A stretch of 64,000 nucleotides of DNA, taken from assembly GCA_023213395.1 (NCBI GenBank), contig CM041465.1, positions 214,837,741 to 214,901,740 on the forward strand. Direction: 5' to 3'. This stretch comes from Cycas panzhihuaensis. Taxonomy: Eukaryota; Plantae; Cycadophyta. The notes under the pieces were generated by a model, which had not been told where the DNA came from, made no database searches, and worked only from the letters and a program-made list of their open reading frames with translations. The stretch's first letter is position 1; each line of letters begins with the position of its first letter. Position numbers and translations under genes: made by a program. This document shows, in pieces, positions 10,896 to 25,397 of the stretch.

Positions 10896-13800
10896 ATGAG
10901 GATTATCTCCTAGAATATTAAAGGCTTAAATGCCCCCTTAAAGTAGAGAGTTGTGAAAGACGTGAGAGCTAGATTAGGAGGGGATATTATGATGCTTCGA
11001 GAAACCAAACTAAAGAGAGATAAAGGGATAGAAGTGAAAATCAAGGTCTAGAGGAATAGGGAGATGCTGGAAAAAGAAGGATCTATAGGCTCGAGAGGTA
11101 TGGTAGTATTTTGGAACCCAAAAGTTTGGCATGGGATAGGTATAGTATAAGAAGATCACTTTATATTAGTATACTTTATATGTAGGAGGATGAATATATA
11201 GTGGCTATCCACTAATATATACACTCCAACAATGATGGAAGGAAAAAAGATGATATAGGACAGGATCATGGAAATACATAAAGAATAGAAAGGCCCCTAA
11301 TTGGTAGCAAGGAATTTAAATATAGCCCTAACCCCAAGAGAAAAGAAAGGGGGATAAGAGGAATGGTCAAGAAGTATGACCGATTTAGGTGACTTCCTGC
11401 AAAAAGGTAGTCTGATGGACATTTCTCTAAGAGAGGCCAAGTATACCTAGTCGAATAGAAGAATTAGAGTTAATTATATATAGATAAAGCATGATAAGAT
11501 GATGATCAACTATGAATGGGCCAAGCTCCATGACAACATCAAATTAGAAGCCCTCCCAAAGGTGGCATATAATCATTCACCACTAATGTTTGAGTTAAAC
11601 ACTTTAAAAAAACACCCTAGGACCCCATTTCAGTTTGAACTCATGTAGATAAGACATCTAGATCTTAAGAACTAAGTTAAGGAATGGTGGAGTATACAGG
11701 TAGAGGGATATGCTATGTTCAGGTTCTCAAAGAAGATAAATTGGGTGAAACGATAGTTGAAAGCTTGGAACTAAGAGATCTTTGGAAATATTTTTGAATA
11801 AAAGCACTAGATTCTTAGGGAGCTTAATGAGATTAAGGGAAGAATTTAGGAGGAAGGTATATACCTCACACTAGATTAGATGGAACAAACGACTATTAGG
11901 AACCTAGAAGAGGTCTTGGTCAAGGAGGAAATCCATTAGAAATAGAAGTCAAGGGCCCTTTGACTGGTGGAGAGGGACAAAAACATAAAGTTCTTCCATA
12001 TGATAACCTTGAAACATAGATCTTGTAATAGAATAAATAAATTAAGTAATAGTAGAGGAGTAGAAGTTGTGACAGCTAAGGAAATCAAAAGCACAACAGT
12101 GGACTACTTCAAGAATTTATTTGAAGAATCTAGATGCCATGATATGGATCTAAGGATGGAGCTTATGGGATATATCCCTAAGTTGATCAAGGAAGATCAA
12201 AATAGATGGATGAAGGAACCTTTCTCAATGGAGGAAATAGAGAAGGCTCTCTTTGACATGGGGCAGGATAAGGCCCCTGGCCCAGATGGATTTCCTTTAG
12301 GCTTTTATCAAGAATTTTTGGACATTATCAAGGAAGACCTAAAACTAACCCTCGATGAACTTTATGAAAAGAGAACAATTCTAAAGGAATGGTAAGCTAC
12401 CTTCCTAGTATTGATCCCTAAGAAAGAAAGGCCAAAAGTAATAGAGGAGTTCAGACCAATAAGCCTTTATAATGTAAAATACAAAACTATGGCTAAGATA
12501 TTGGCCAATAGACTCAAGGATTGTTTATCACTTATCATATCCCCAAAGGAATTCATCGATTCAGTCTACCAAGTTGGATTTGTGAAAGGAAGATAAATTA
12601 TGGATGGTATCATTATTGTCCACGAGATGATCTATTCAGTCTACCAAAGAAAAGAAGTTGGCATGATTGTGAAGATTGACATGTCTAAAGCCTATGATAA
12701 AGTGGCATGGGATTACTTAATAGATTGTCTTCAGGTGCTTAGGTTTGATGAGGTCTAGAAGGAATAGATGGTAAGTTGCATATCTAAACCACATTATTCA
12801 ATCCTCATAAATGGAACCTTAACACCCTTATTTACTAGTTTCAGAGGGTTAAGGCAAGGGGACCCTTTATCCCCCTACTTGTTTATCATTATGGTAGAAA
12901 TCTTAGGGAGAGTTGTGGAGGAGGTGAGGAGGAAAAGATGGGTTATTAGACTAAAGCCCACTTCTAGTATAGAAAATATTATCCATTATTAGTTTATCGA
13001 TGACAACATTTTCCTAGGAAAGGCTACCATGGGAGAAGCTAGGGCCTTTAAGGCTGGTCTCCAATCCTTCAAGAGAGCTACAAATTAAAGAATAAATTTG
13101 GAAAAAATCTCTATCTTCTTTATAAATACTCATGAGAGACTGTAAAGAAAGATTAGCAGGGATTTGGGGATGCCCATCAAGTCTCTTCCATCTACCTGCC
13201 TAGGGATGTCATTGTTTGTAGGGAATATGTATAGAGCACTTTGGAATCCTATTATGGATAGGATTCAAAGGAAGTTGGTTAGCTAAAAAGAATTGCTTCT
13301 CAGTCAAGCTAAGAAGATTCAACTGGTGGTTGCTTCCCTGCATAGTATCCTAGTATACATGATGTCAATTTTTAGGGTTCTGAGCAGGGTCATATCAATC
13401 TTAGAAGGCATCTAGAAAATATTCCTATGGTCGAGAACATAAGAAAAGGATGGAATCCATCTAGTTGCTTGGGATAAAGTTTGCATGCCTAGGTGGGTGG
13501 AAGGGCTTAACATTAGAAGACTGACCTCTTTCAATAGAGCCCTGGTGGCCAAGCTGGGTTGGAGGCTAGAGAATGATGAAGGAGGACAATGGGACAAGAT
13601 TATCTCCAAAAAATACCTAGGGGGTAAGCACATGAGGTGAGGGAGGTTTATGGGTTTCTAATTTGGAGCAGTTTAGTTCACTCTAGACCTATCCTGATCT
13701 CTAACATTAGATGGAAGCTAGGGAATGGGGAAAGTATAAATTTTTTGGAGGATAACTAGTGTGGAAATTACCAATTAAAAGACAAACCCAATGTTGGTAA

Positions 13801-15130
13801 TCTATAGGCCATTTGTGAAGAGACCTATTGTACAAAGGTCAAGGATTATTAGGAGGGACAAGGTAGAGATAGAGCCTAAAGATCCTTTGAGGAGCTATAA
13901 GGGACCCAGGACTAGGGGTAGAATGTACTAGACTTAAAAAGAGAGATTGATCAATGTTATATCCCAAAAATACCTAAGGTAGATGTAATCATATGGGTAA
14001 ATTCCCATTTCGGGGAGTACACCATGAAGCAAGGATACCAAGCTATATGTTCGAAGGCAGGGATAAAAAAGAATCCCCTATTAGCAGGAGCATGGAAGCT
14101 GGATTTAATTCCCAAGGTAGTAGTCTTCTAATGGTTATTCCTAAAGAACAAGATCCTAAATATGGATAACCTCCATAGGCACAAGTTTGCTATACCAAAT
14201 AGGTGTCTGTTGTGTAAGAAGGATGAGGAGATGCTAGACCATATTAGTATTCATTATCCCTTCTCTAGAAGAATTTAGGCTTGTATTTAGTGCAAATTTG
14301 GGATATCGTGGGTGAGCCCAAGGACCCTTGTAGATCAATGGATGATATGGAAATCTCCTTTCAAAAGAAATATATTGAGCTCTCTCTGGAAAATTATTCC
14401 ACCAATGGTGGTGTGGAACATTTAGAAGGAATGAAATAGAAGGTTATTCTAAGGGAGGGAATTGAATGAGTTTAGGCTCTATGAAATGATATGTTCAATG
14501 GCTATGGAATCGATTAAAACCTTAGATGAGGAAAGCATATAAGAAAGGGAGGGTATCATCATTAATGGATAGGGAACAAGAAGACCAAATATAACTAGGA
14601 CCAGGAGAAAGAAATATTTTTTGCGCCTACCTATAGATAACTTGGTTAAAATAAACTTTGACAGGGCATCCAAAGGCAACCTCAATGAGGTGGGAGGAGG
14701 AGGCTTATGCAGATACCTAGATGATAGAGTGAGGTGGGCCTTCACAAAATATTATGTTTAGTAGAAAAACCATTGGGTTAAGCTAAAGGTAATGCAGAGA
14801 GCAGCGCTTATGGATAACAAGGATGACTATGACAAGGTGGTGATTAAAGGAGATTCACTAAATTTGGTTAGGATTCTCAAAGGAGGCACTGAGGTATACT
14901 AGTATAATGAGGTCATGGCAAGGGATACCCAAGATGCCTTAAGTTTGAAAGTGATCTTTTAGATATGCCTTACGTATAGAGAGGGTAATGCAGCAGTCGA
15001 TTGGCTTGTCAACTGGGCAGTTTCAAACAAGAGCATGAGGGTATGGAAAGAGCACTTCCCCAATGATCTTATGAATCTGGTCAGATTGGATGTGTCAGCC
15101 CAAGAGGGGGATAAGCTAGCCACTAGGCTT
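10896..15130 (+). pseudogene. L1 ORF2 (APE endonuclease, RT, zf-RVT, RNase H), many stops
   Basis: MRIIS*NIKGLN start; NHSPL; KAPGPDGF; FRPISL; KIDMSKAYDKVAW; GLRQGDPLSPYLF; *FIDD; PNRCLLCKK; VKINFDRASKGN and YREGNAAVDWL. Confidence 0.92.
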
Positions 15131-15278
15131 ATTTTGGAACTTAGGGTTAGAGTGGTAAGGATGTTCTAAGATCAGTTCGGCCATATGCTTGTCATAGCAC
15201 TTTGTTTTTAGTTGAGAGGCAGAATTTGTAAAAGGTTTGGGGCCCTTTTAAAACCCCTTCTACTTTTTACCAAATCAA

Positions 15279-15300
15279 TATATATATATATATATATATA
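15279..15300. repeat. (TA)11 microsatellite at the LINE 3' end
   Basis: Directly visible. Confidence 0.9.
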
Positions 15301-15859
15301 GTGCATATAAATATATGTGAATATATGTGGAAAAATAAGGGTATGGCTGAGTAGTTTAAGTAATTCAATATTGGAAGGGTTATGAGAAACCATATAAGTA
15401 TATGTAGTAGAAGTAAAAGAGAGTCACATAAAAGTAGGGTTTAAATCATAAGAAATAAGCAATATATAGATGGAGGATTATTTCTAGAAGAAGTTTAAAA
15501 GAAGGAATATATGTAAGCTCAAAAAGATAAAATATTTTAAGTTTTAAACATTTATATCATCAAAAATAATCTCTAAATATACCAAAAATTTGTGAGTATC
15601 TAGGTGTATGCATGATGATAAAAGAGTGCTCCTTTATTACAAAAACATATTTCCTACTTGAATAAATGATTATGAATGTAAATACACAATGAAAATATGT
15701 GTAAATTCTTTTAAAAAAATCATAAAGGCTATAAACAAAAGAAAAATAAGCATATCTATATAAATAACTTTTGAAAAAAAATTATTTGATTTATACCAAT
15801 TTGAGTTGAGTGAAAACATTAAGGTGTAAAGGATTTTTGTTTGTATCTTGAATTACAGG

Positions 15860-18800
15860 CAATGATTTCTTGTGAAATTAAAGATAAAGGTAAGTAATGC
15901 TTTCTACCCATGAATAATTAAGCTCATCTGCCACTGAAGTTCAATTCCCAGGGGGGTGGGGAGGGTGGAGGGGTAGTATATTTATTCCCTAGCTCATCTT
16001 GTTGACCAAGTATACCCCTCAGCAAAGCTTCAATGGTAGATGTATAAAGCATAAAAGGGTGATCAAATTAAGGAAGAATAAGAATAGGAATAGAAATAAG
16101 GGCTTACTTTAGTTCATTAAAAGCTTATTAGGCTTTTGACATCCAAAAAAAATATTAGATTCTTTTTAATAAGATGATTGAGTGCACGAGTAACATAAGT
16201 AAAATTTCTAAAGAAATGTCATAAAAATCTAAGGCATCCTAAAAATGACTTAAGTTATTTTTATGTACATGAAGGTGATATTTTAAGAATAGAGTTTGCC
16301 CTTTTAGGATTAGGATGAAGGCCCTCATGAGAAATAATAACACCTAAGAGCTTACCTATTATAATAATAAACATGCACTTGGTAGGATTGAGGTGAATAA
16401 AATATTTATATAATCACATGAAGATGATGCAAAGATCACTAAAATATTCTTCTTATTTTTTAGAGAGTCTCAACAAATCATTAATATAAACCTAAGTAAT
16501 TTTATTAATGAGATTATAGAATACAAATTATATAGTACATTAATATATGGCATTTACATTTTTAAGACCAAAGGGCATGACTTTATAACCAAAGTTTCTC
16601 CAAGGTGTTATAAAATTTATCTTGTAACAATCTTATTCAAATAGTTTAATTTGATCATATTCAATAATGCTGTCTATAAGAGATATGAATTAAAATCTAG
16701 ATACACTACCAATAATTTAGTTGACAAAAAAAGAGTGAAATTTTGTCTTATAGAGAGGCTTTATTAATATTTTTAAAGTTGATATAAATTTAAATTGATC
16801 CATTCCTTTTAATAATAGGTATAATTTTAGAGACTCAAGTAGAGCAATTGATATATTCAACAAAGCCAACATGAAGTAATTTTTTGAATTCTACTTTAAT
16901 CACATAAGAAAGTTTTGGTTGAATAGGTATTTATTCTTAATGATATATCTTAGCATTTAAGTAAGTAGTGATATTATAGATAATGATATTAGGATCAATC
17001 CTAGACATATCAATATAATCCTAAGTGAAGACATCGATGAATTCCTTAAATTGTTTTATATATTGTTATGTTTTAGAAGGTATGTAATCTACACCGAGAT
17101 TAATAATGGAGGGATTATCATTAGTCAAAATATTGATGTCAATGGTTTAAGTTGTAAGCATGACATTACCTTCTTAAAAATAAGGAGGTACGTTAATAAA
17201 TAGAAGAAAAGATTCTTCTATATAAACATCTCTAATGAAAATACGTGATGAGAGCATAAGATACTTGTGAAAACCCAACTTATGATGACAAGATGGTAAA
17301 TTTATGTAATGGCCAGCCATAAACTTAATAATAACTTTTCCATTCTCAAAATAATTAATATCATAAGTATGACTTAGTAATTATAGTGTAGTTATAAGAG
17401 AGAGATATTAACATAGTTTATAATCATTAATGACATAAGATTTTCAATGGGGTCATTAAGAAGAGATGTTTATGAAGAGGATGTTTATCATTAAGGGCAA
17501 AATCAATGAAAATCTTTTCATCAATAAAGGAATCTATATTAGAGTCCCAAATTAGAGAAGAGGTAACTTCATGAGAGTTGTTAAGTTTACAAAATACATG
17601 TTGTATCAAGTTAACTACATAAAAAGGAAGTTCCAAAAAATAAAAAATTAGCATCAATATTAGTTGTAATAATAATGCCATAGGAACTAAATCCCAAGGT
17701 TATAAATTTATGAGATGGTTTTTGGATTGGGTTTTAGGGGTTTTTTATATTAATTACATAAAAGAAAATTTTGGAAGGCTTCTATATGTTATGATGCAAA
17801 ATTTTTCATTGTGAATATATTTGAGTTGCCCAAACAAAGAAAAATAATTTTCTTCCACTTGATAAAGCCATGGACAACCCAACAAAAGGTTGTAATGAAG
17901 ATCATTTTATATGAGGGCGATTTCTCTATTAATAGTTTTGTCTTCTATAAACATGAGAAGTGTGACCACATCAAGTGGTTTTATCCTTGAGTTATCAAAA
18001 GCACGATAATCCCAAGAGACTACTTCATAAGATTGAATGTTGAGTGAAGGTATTAAATGTGTGGGTATCACATTTATTAATGAACCATCATTGACCAAAA
18101 TATGATTCAATAGAAAATCTCTAATCTCAACCAAAATAAAGAAAGGAGCTATATAATTTACTACTTTTTTGCTCTTAGAAGGAAGTGTAGAGGGATCAAA
18201 AGTAACCACTAATTTAAGTTGTTTTATGTATAAGTTAACATCTATAATCCCTAAAGCTTCTATGAGTTGTTAAACTTGATCAAGATAAGACTATGAAATA
18301 TCTAGTATAGTAATTCTAGTTATAATGGTCTACAACCAATCTACAATAAAATAGGCTTTACCCTTAATATTATATAAAAGTGCTCAAATAAAATTGAGAT
18401 GCATTGGACATGTGGGAAACTTAGTAAGGACTTATTTATTGATGTTTTAAGATGAAGAACCTTTATTTAAATTTGTTACTATATAAGAGTTAATCACATC
18501 AACCAAGTTAATAATCTTTTTCCCTTTTATTATAAGTGGAAGATCTTTTTATGAAGGAATTGTTTAATCTTTAGTGGGAAAAGAGTTACCCTTTTCCAAA
18601 GATGTAGAAGGAGTAGTAGGTTTGAGAGCCCAATTAGAAGAATCATCATTAGCTCTTTTATCATTAAGATTACTTTCTTCTATTATTGTTGTTATTGTAA
18701 TTAGGGAAGAGATTTTTATAAATTAGTTGGTCAATACTGGACTTGGTTTAGTCTTATTGACAAGTTTGAAAATTTATTTTACATAGAGCCTAACATATTT

Positions 18801-20770
18801 ATCATCAAAATAACTTTTCATTTTAAAGAGAGTGTACCATTGTCTAGTATAGCTTTCTGGTGGAGGGACATATTTTTTAGAGATGACAATGCTTTAAGAT
18901 AAGTCTTCTTCTCGATTAGAAATATTTTGATTATGACATTCTAATTTATCATCTAAACTACACAATATAGATGTAAATGGGTCATATAATTTGCTTTTAT
19001 GTGATAGGTTTTAGTTCGTTAGAAGGTTTGGACTTGATTAGAAGATTTAGGAAGAGATTTCATACCAACTTAAATATTAAAGGCCTCATATGTGATAACT
19101 TTATCAAAAGAATCTTAGTAAGAAGTATGACTCATCTTTACCACTTCCAAATAGAGTTACGGCTTAAGAGCATACAAAAATAATTCAGTAAGGTAGTCAT
19201 TGGGATATTAAAATTTTGATGAAAAGATTAAATCTTGAAATCATTTTACAAATTTGTGATAAGTTTCCTTAGAACCTTGTTTAGCAGACAAGAGTACTTT
19301 GATACCTAAATAGGTAGGTTTTCCTATGTTAAAATAGGTGACAAACTAATCAACAAGTTATTGAAAAGTAAAAGGAAAGGAAAGAGGTAGTTCATAAAAC
19401 CATTTAAGTGTATTACCAAAAAGTGTACATAAGAAAAAAATAGATAAAGAAGATTATTATCTTGTTGCTATTGTGAACATAATAGGTAAAAGGCATAGAC
19501 ATGGTTTTGTGGATCCTTACATTATGTACTTTTAAAGCAAAGTAATAAACTAAAGAGAAGGGGAAGAGAAGATATTTAAATATCAACTATTAGAGTGATA
19601 TTCATATAGTCTATGTAGGATCTACGAGTACCTTAAATAAGGACCAGTAGACCTATAAGAGAATAAGAAATGTTTACTACTATTAAACTACTTCTAGATG
19701 GATGAAATCTAGGAGGATGGCTTTATTGAGAAAAGGAGGATTATGAAACTCCAACACTAAGTGTATTTGAGAAAGAGGAATTAATTTTCAAAGGAGTGAT
19801 TTGTTATTGAAGTTAAGTTTATTATGGTTATGAACCAACATAAGTAAGAGAGGGTGCTTGAGGGTTAAATGCCTCCAAAGGATTTTGTGGCATAAAAGAT
19901 TGTGATGTAGAAAGTTGAGATGAAATGAGAAGCAAATGAACTAAGTTGAGAAGCAAACTTAAATGTAGATAATAATTGTAAAAGTTAATAATCAATATTT
20001 AAGTAGAAGGCTTAGCAACCTAATGTTATTGATTGAATGTTTGATTGTTATTTAAAGAAAGTTGTAATAATAACTAAATTTTGATTCAACACATTGATGT
20101 TATTAAATAATTGAGATGGGACCTATTAAAAAGTAAATCATAAATTGAGTTGAGAAGTAGATTGGCATATTAGTTAGGAAAGAGGTCTAACTAAACTTGT
20201 AGAATCAATAAATGTAATTTACATTGATGGTAGGAGTAAAGGATTTTAAAATAACATGAATAGGTGTAGAAGAAATAGGACCGACACTAGAGGATTAAAA
20301 ACACCTAAAGAGTGAGTATCTAATGGAGTAGTATTATCACTTAAGGTATAATTAAAAATGGATGCAATTGTACTTTCCCTTGGCCTAAGAGATGGTATAT
20401 AAGAAGTAAAGCATAATTCACAAGTAGGAGGTGCTTGGGAATTTAGAGATTCACCTCTAAAAGAGTTGAAAAGACATAAAGAAGATGAGCCAATATCTCG
20501 TTCTATTCACTGAAGAATAAAGAAACTAAAGATAACTGTTTAGTTCCTAAGGGAATAAATTACTTGAGATCATCTTCAGTGAAGACATTTTCTTCAAAAG
20601 GACCAAAAGGACGATGATAACCCTTCATCATAAAGCAAAAACTCAAGAAAAAGCCCTCTAAACCTATATGAGAAATGTACCATAAAAGAGAGATACTCAA
20701 TGATGAGAGCAAAAGAAGCAATAGAAATGAATAGAGTAAATCAGACATTAAGTCCCCAGTATGACTAAGG
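15860..20770 (-). mobile_element. Highly decayed Gypsy (Tat-like) copy B: PBS remnant, gag, PR, RT, partial RH; integrase absent
   Basis: ILVNDGSLINVIP protease (ORF 17907-18209); MPFGLKN at ~16560-16580; LKSFLG at ~16240; gag LKWFYELP at ~19400; CCCCAGTATG PBS remnant at ~20754-20763 matching copy A. Confidence 0.85.
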
Positions 20771-22661
20771 AAGAAGGCTAGCTTTAAAGGAAAGAAATAA
20801 AAATTCACTACACAAAAAACATTATCTCTATGAGTTATAAAATATGTTTAGTTTATGTGAAAATCTAACTACATTTCAATGAGAGTTTATGGGAATCTTA
20901 TAACCGCATTAACCTATTTTGTATATATATATATATATTTAAATAATTTCTGTATTCTATTATTCATTTTACTAAAAATGAAATCAAATAAAATAAATAA
21001 AGTATGAAAAGAACTCATACCTAGTCTAACATTAAAGATGAGTTTTTATTTAATGGCAAGTGCAAGCATTTCTTTATTTGTCCAATTTCTCTTTTCTACT
21101 TACAAAATAATACCATAGAAAAGCAACCAAGGTGTCCATTATGTGTCAAAGAAAATCTAAATCTCAAATGAAATCTATCTAAGAAAACATCAAAGATGGC
21201 CTTATTAAAGATGGGAGAATATGTGAGTCATGCTAACAAGACACCATGAGTAATCCTTTTAAAGTGATATTCTAATAAGAGAAAAAAATCAAACAAGAGA
21301 AAGATTAATAAATTATGAGTAATAAATAGGATATAAGTAATCAATTAGTAACAAGTAATAATATGAAGATAGAAATTTAATAAAATTATTAGCTACATAA
21401 ATTTAAAAGAGAGAGGATTATCATATTATAAAAATATAACAATACTACAAGATAATAGTTAGAGAGACATGGTAATACTGTGAATGTTCAAAATAATTCA
21501 AGTGGTGATATAGTAAAAACACCAAGGAAGAGGCATGGCATAATAGTGTAATATCATAGAATAGAAAAAGAGATATACAATAATACCATATAAATAACAA
21601 GTAGATTTGTAGTATGATATGAACAATACCATAAGAACTCTCACAATAAATGTAGTATGGATGTTGAAACATAGATAGATGGATGCAGTATAGTAGTGAA
21701 GACACATGGTATAGTAGAACAATTACAAAAATAATGAGATGATGAACCATATTTTAAAATCACTATCACATTAAATCAGGTATACATTAATCCTTAGTTC
21801 AACAATGAAATCAAATTAGAAATTAGGTGCAAATTTTGCCTTGTTTGAGCATAACTAAATAAGGGACAAGATGACTTGGCACCCTCAGAAGGCTAGGTTG
21901 AAATAAACCAAATGAATGGGTATTTATGGTAGGAAAATTAATAGAATAGATTTATGAATGCATGCCACGGAATTTGTTGTTGAGAGAAATAAGCTATTTT
22001 TTACAAATTATTATCAAGACATCTTTGAGGAGTGAGAAACATGCCCATGAAAGGAGACAAAATCATAAAACGGATATAACTTCCTCATGCAGAGTCCCTT
22101 TTTTACCAATCAATACTTTATTCTCAACCACTCAAAGAGATTTACATAATGGACAATGCGAGGGAAGTGATTACTTTCATAATTAATGCCATAAATGAAA
22201 AAGAAGATTAATATGTTTGAAGGATAATAAAAGTTTAACAATATTTGGAAGATTAATATCCAAGGTGTCAAGTTATTTGGATATTACATAATATATCCAA
22301 GATGCCAAATATTGTTGTAGATATTTACACATATTTATGTTTATAAAGAACTATATTTTCTTGTAGTAGAAACTTGCGGTTAAAAGATAAGAGTAATTGT
22401 ATTTAGAGCACCATGATCTATGTGTAGGGTATAGTGATAATAGGCATCCTCACTAGTGTGGTTTATGTGGTTTGAATTATTAATCACTAGTTGATGGTTT
22501 ATAGGCCTTACCAACTAGTTCTTTTTAAAGTCATGTATATAGTCACAATTCCTAATTATTGTAACTCACTGCTAGTAAATATAATTCCTTACATATGTAT
22601 TACAAGTGTGTTTAGTAACCTTTAGTTTATCTAGGTGTTTTAAATTCCTAGGTTGCTAATG

Positions 22662-22690
22662 CACACACACACACACACACATATATATAT
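22662..22690. repeat. (CA)n(TA)n microsatellite
   Basis: Directly visible. Confidence 0.8.
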
Positions 22691-23082
22691 TCATTCATTT
22701 AACTCAATAAGATGAATGAAAAAGCTTCCTTATCCCAACTTTACACGTGTTTATGTTGTATAATATAATATTATGTACTTTGTAGTTATTCTACATGGTG
22801 CCAAAGCACATATATGGATTCTAACAATATAGACATCATCTATCTATATTTTAATTATAATGATGAATTATGTATCTAGGAAATCGTCATAGTGAACTAA
22901 TGGGTGTAATGGCTAGTTACCTATGTATGTCTGCAGATGCTAGATTTCTTGCAGAGACATCATTAATAATTTTGTCCAGCCTCTTAGGACATGTTGGTGA
23001 TTGTAAAAGGTTAATAGACCCATCTAATTTTAGGATAGATGTTGGGACTTGCCCATATTCTAGGAAGGAATTTATTTTAATT

Positions 23083-24660
23083 TTGGGGGAGATGTTGGTC
23101 AGTTAAATAGTCATTTAACAATTCTAATATGAAGTGGTTAATTATTGTAAATGGGAAATAATTAAGGGTTAGTCAGCTATTTGTAAACTACATAATATAT
23201 AAATATGTGATCCTATATGAGATAGATAGATTGTATCAGTTATTATGAGTGATTGTTATTAGAGCTTAATCCATTAACTTGAAGCTCAATAGCCTATGGT
23301 TATCTAACAAACTATGTGATATTCTTCATAAATATATGATTGTTTGTTGCATATTATGATGACTAATGTCTCTTAGTTCCTTGCTCCTCCTGTGTGAATT
23401 CTTCATCAACTACAATGACGTGTTACCTGATCGATGAGAGAACTAAAATCCCAAGACAAGCCAACGCTCTTACTATCAAGTGATTTTTTAAATTATGGAA
23501 TGGTGGCACTCCCTAACAAATTTTACTTTGATTTAGATCTAGAGGGGTAGAATGCATGGTAAATTGCTTCTAAAGTTAACTTAGAATGGAGATCTTATTA
23601 AAAACATTTTTTTAGCACAAGATATCTCTACAATGGCCATGTGTGTTGACTAGAGGCAACAAATGCTTAGCTTTGTTCAATCCACAAATTGGTAAATCTT
23701 GGTAGCAATAGGGGATTAATTCTATGAAGCATCTTCTTTATCCCTCCTATTATCGCCTCCTATCATGGATTGTTTACTGAGATAAGCATAAGCTACTTTT
23801 GACTCATGCTACAATCTTTAACTGATTAGCAAACTCTTTTCTCAATGCCTTTAGCACTTATGTGTACTTACTAACTTCCAACTCATAATGTGTTAATTAG
23901 TTTTAGTGCCTAGAAATGCCTTTTATTCACTTCACTATAAAAAATTTATACAATTTGGTTTTACCTAAACCAAATTTGGTGGCATGTCTTAACAAGTGCT
24001 AGCATTGGCATAATGCTACATTTTTAGTTGCCTTGCGTTCACTCTCTATGATAGATCAATGTAGCATATTAAAAGGGGTTGTTTATTTGTCTCCTATTTC
24101 ACAATGGGCTAATGATGGATGATGGATCAACCAAGGTGCATGTCATAATTGTTTGCCCTTTTTGTGACTATCAAAGCAAGTCATTGTTTCACTTGTTTTG
24201 GGTATGTTCTTTAGCAAAACATATATGGTCCATGGTCTAGACCAAAATAACGATTGTCTATTTCTAACAATTTGATCATTCAACTATTTTCTTTGGGAAT
24301 ATGAAGGCATTTGATCATCACTTTGTTAAGGCTTAGTATATTCTACATATGAAAGTCTTATGGCATCTCTAGAAGATCCCTAATTTAATCATATTTGAAA
24401 ATAAATCCCCTCAAACTCCTATTTTTTTCTGAAAACTAATGCTCTCTCTTGTGTTTCAAATGGATACAACTTTGGATGCCAATGCCCTTGTCGCTGACAT
24501 GTTGAGGTAGCTTTATAATGGTATATGGGCTTTTGTCACTAGAAAAGGGAAGATTTAGTCATTGTTTGTTACAGCATCATGTACTAAAGGAAAGGGAGGA
24601 ATTGGACATGCTATTGTTCCTTTTTATTACCTGGATTCTCACTCTACTCACCCCTTGGCC
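23083..24660 (+). mobile_element. Very old LTR-retrotransposon remnant (PPT and LTR start, possible gag/protease relic)
   Basis: GGGGGAGA followed by TGTTGG at 23085-23098; LDSHSTH (resembling LDSGSTH) at ~24630-24650. Confidence 0.35.
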
Positions 24661-25079
24661 AACACTATCCATTCGCGCCCACCTCTAGCATGAGAGGACA
24701 TTGATATGACCATGATTTTTATTACTAATTAAATGTCCACTCCCATGTTGATTGAAGAAATACATGATTGAGCAATATATATCAGTTCCAATGCCATATG
24801 TGGCTATCTATTTGTTTTCATTGTTAGTTTTTACCATGCTACAACGATGGATTCATAACAATGCAGCTAGACGGTCGAACAGGGAATGGATATATTGCTG
24901 TTTCTGTATTTTCTTAGATGTTTTATCCTTTTTCTGTTATAATGGTCAGTGTTGTACCCTCGTGAACTTCAAAATTTAATCTAAAGATCCGCCCCCCTAA
25001 ATTGGAACTCTTATTTTAAGACCCTGTAATATAATATTTTATTTTAGCGTCTAAACGCCCAAAAGTCAAAAAACAAACA

Positions 25080-25240
25080 GATCAACGGTCATATGTAACC
25101 ACGTAGATGTGGGTTTTAGGTGCCACAGAGCCATCTCGTGAGTGGCAGGGATCGGGTAAGGCAAGTACTGATCTTTGGCTAAAATGAGCATCCCTAAACA
25201 CCGCAAACCGCATCTGTGAGGTCACAAAGCTGCCACGCAG
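25080..25240 (+). promoter_or_regulatory. Putative PrxQ promoter with ACGT/G-box-like and GCCAC motifs
   Basis: CCACGT at 25099-25104, GCCAC at ~25122 and ~25232, AACGG at ~25084, 160-320 nt upstream of the ATG. These are short motifs and may be chance matches. Confidence 0.35.
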
Positions 25241-25397
25241 TTGGCATCTATCCATTTTATGACATATCTCAAAATCATCCCAGAACCATTGCAGAAGGAA
25301 ACTCTCTCCGTAGATTTCTGTCCTCGGCTTTGGTTGTAGACACTGAATTCAGCCTGCATTTGCTGTTTTTGGTGCTCCGGCATTGGGTCTTTCAGCC

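Larger units (their letters stand above)
9030..15280 (+). mobile_element. Degenerate near full-length L1-clade LINE with C-terminal RNase H
   Basis: ORF1 remnant plus ORF2 with endonuclease, RT, zf-RVT and RNase H motifs; ends at a TA-rich tail. The 5' boundary is approximate. Confidence 0.9.

Noticed and set aside
21400-21760. Hydrophobic Tyr/Ile-rich ORFs
   Set aside because: Low-complexity, AT-rich decayed repeat sequence with no family motif.
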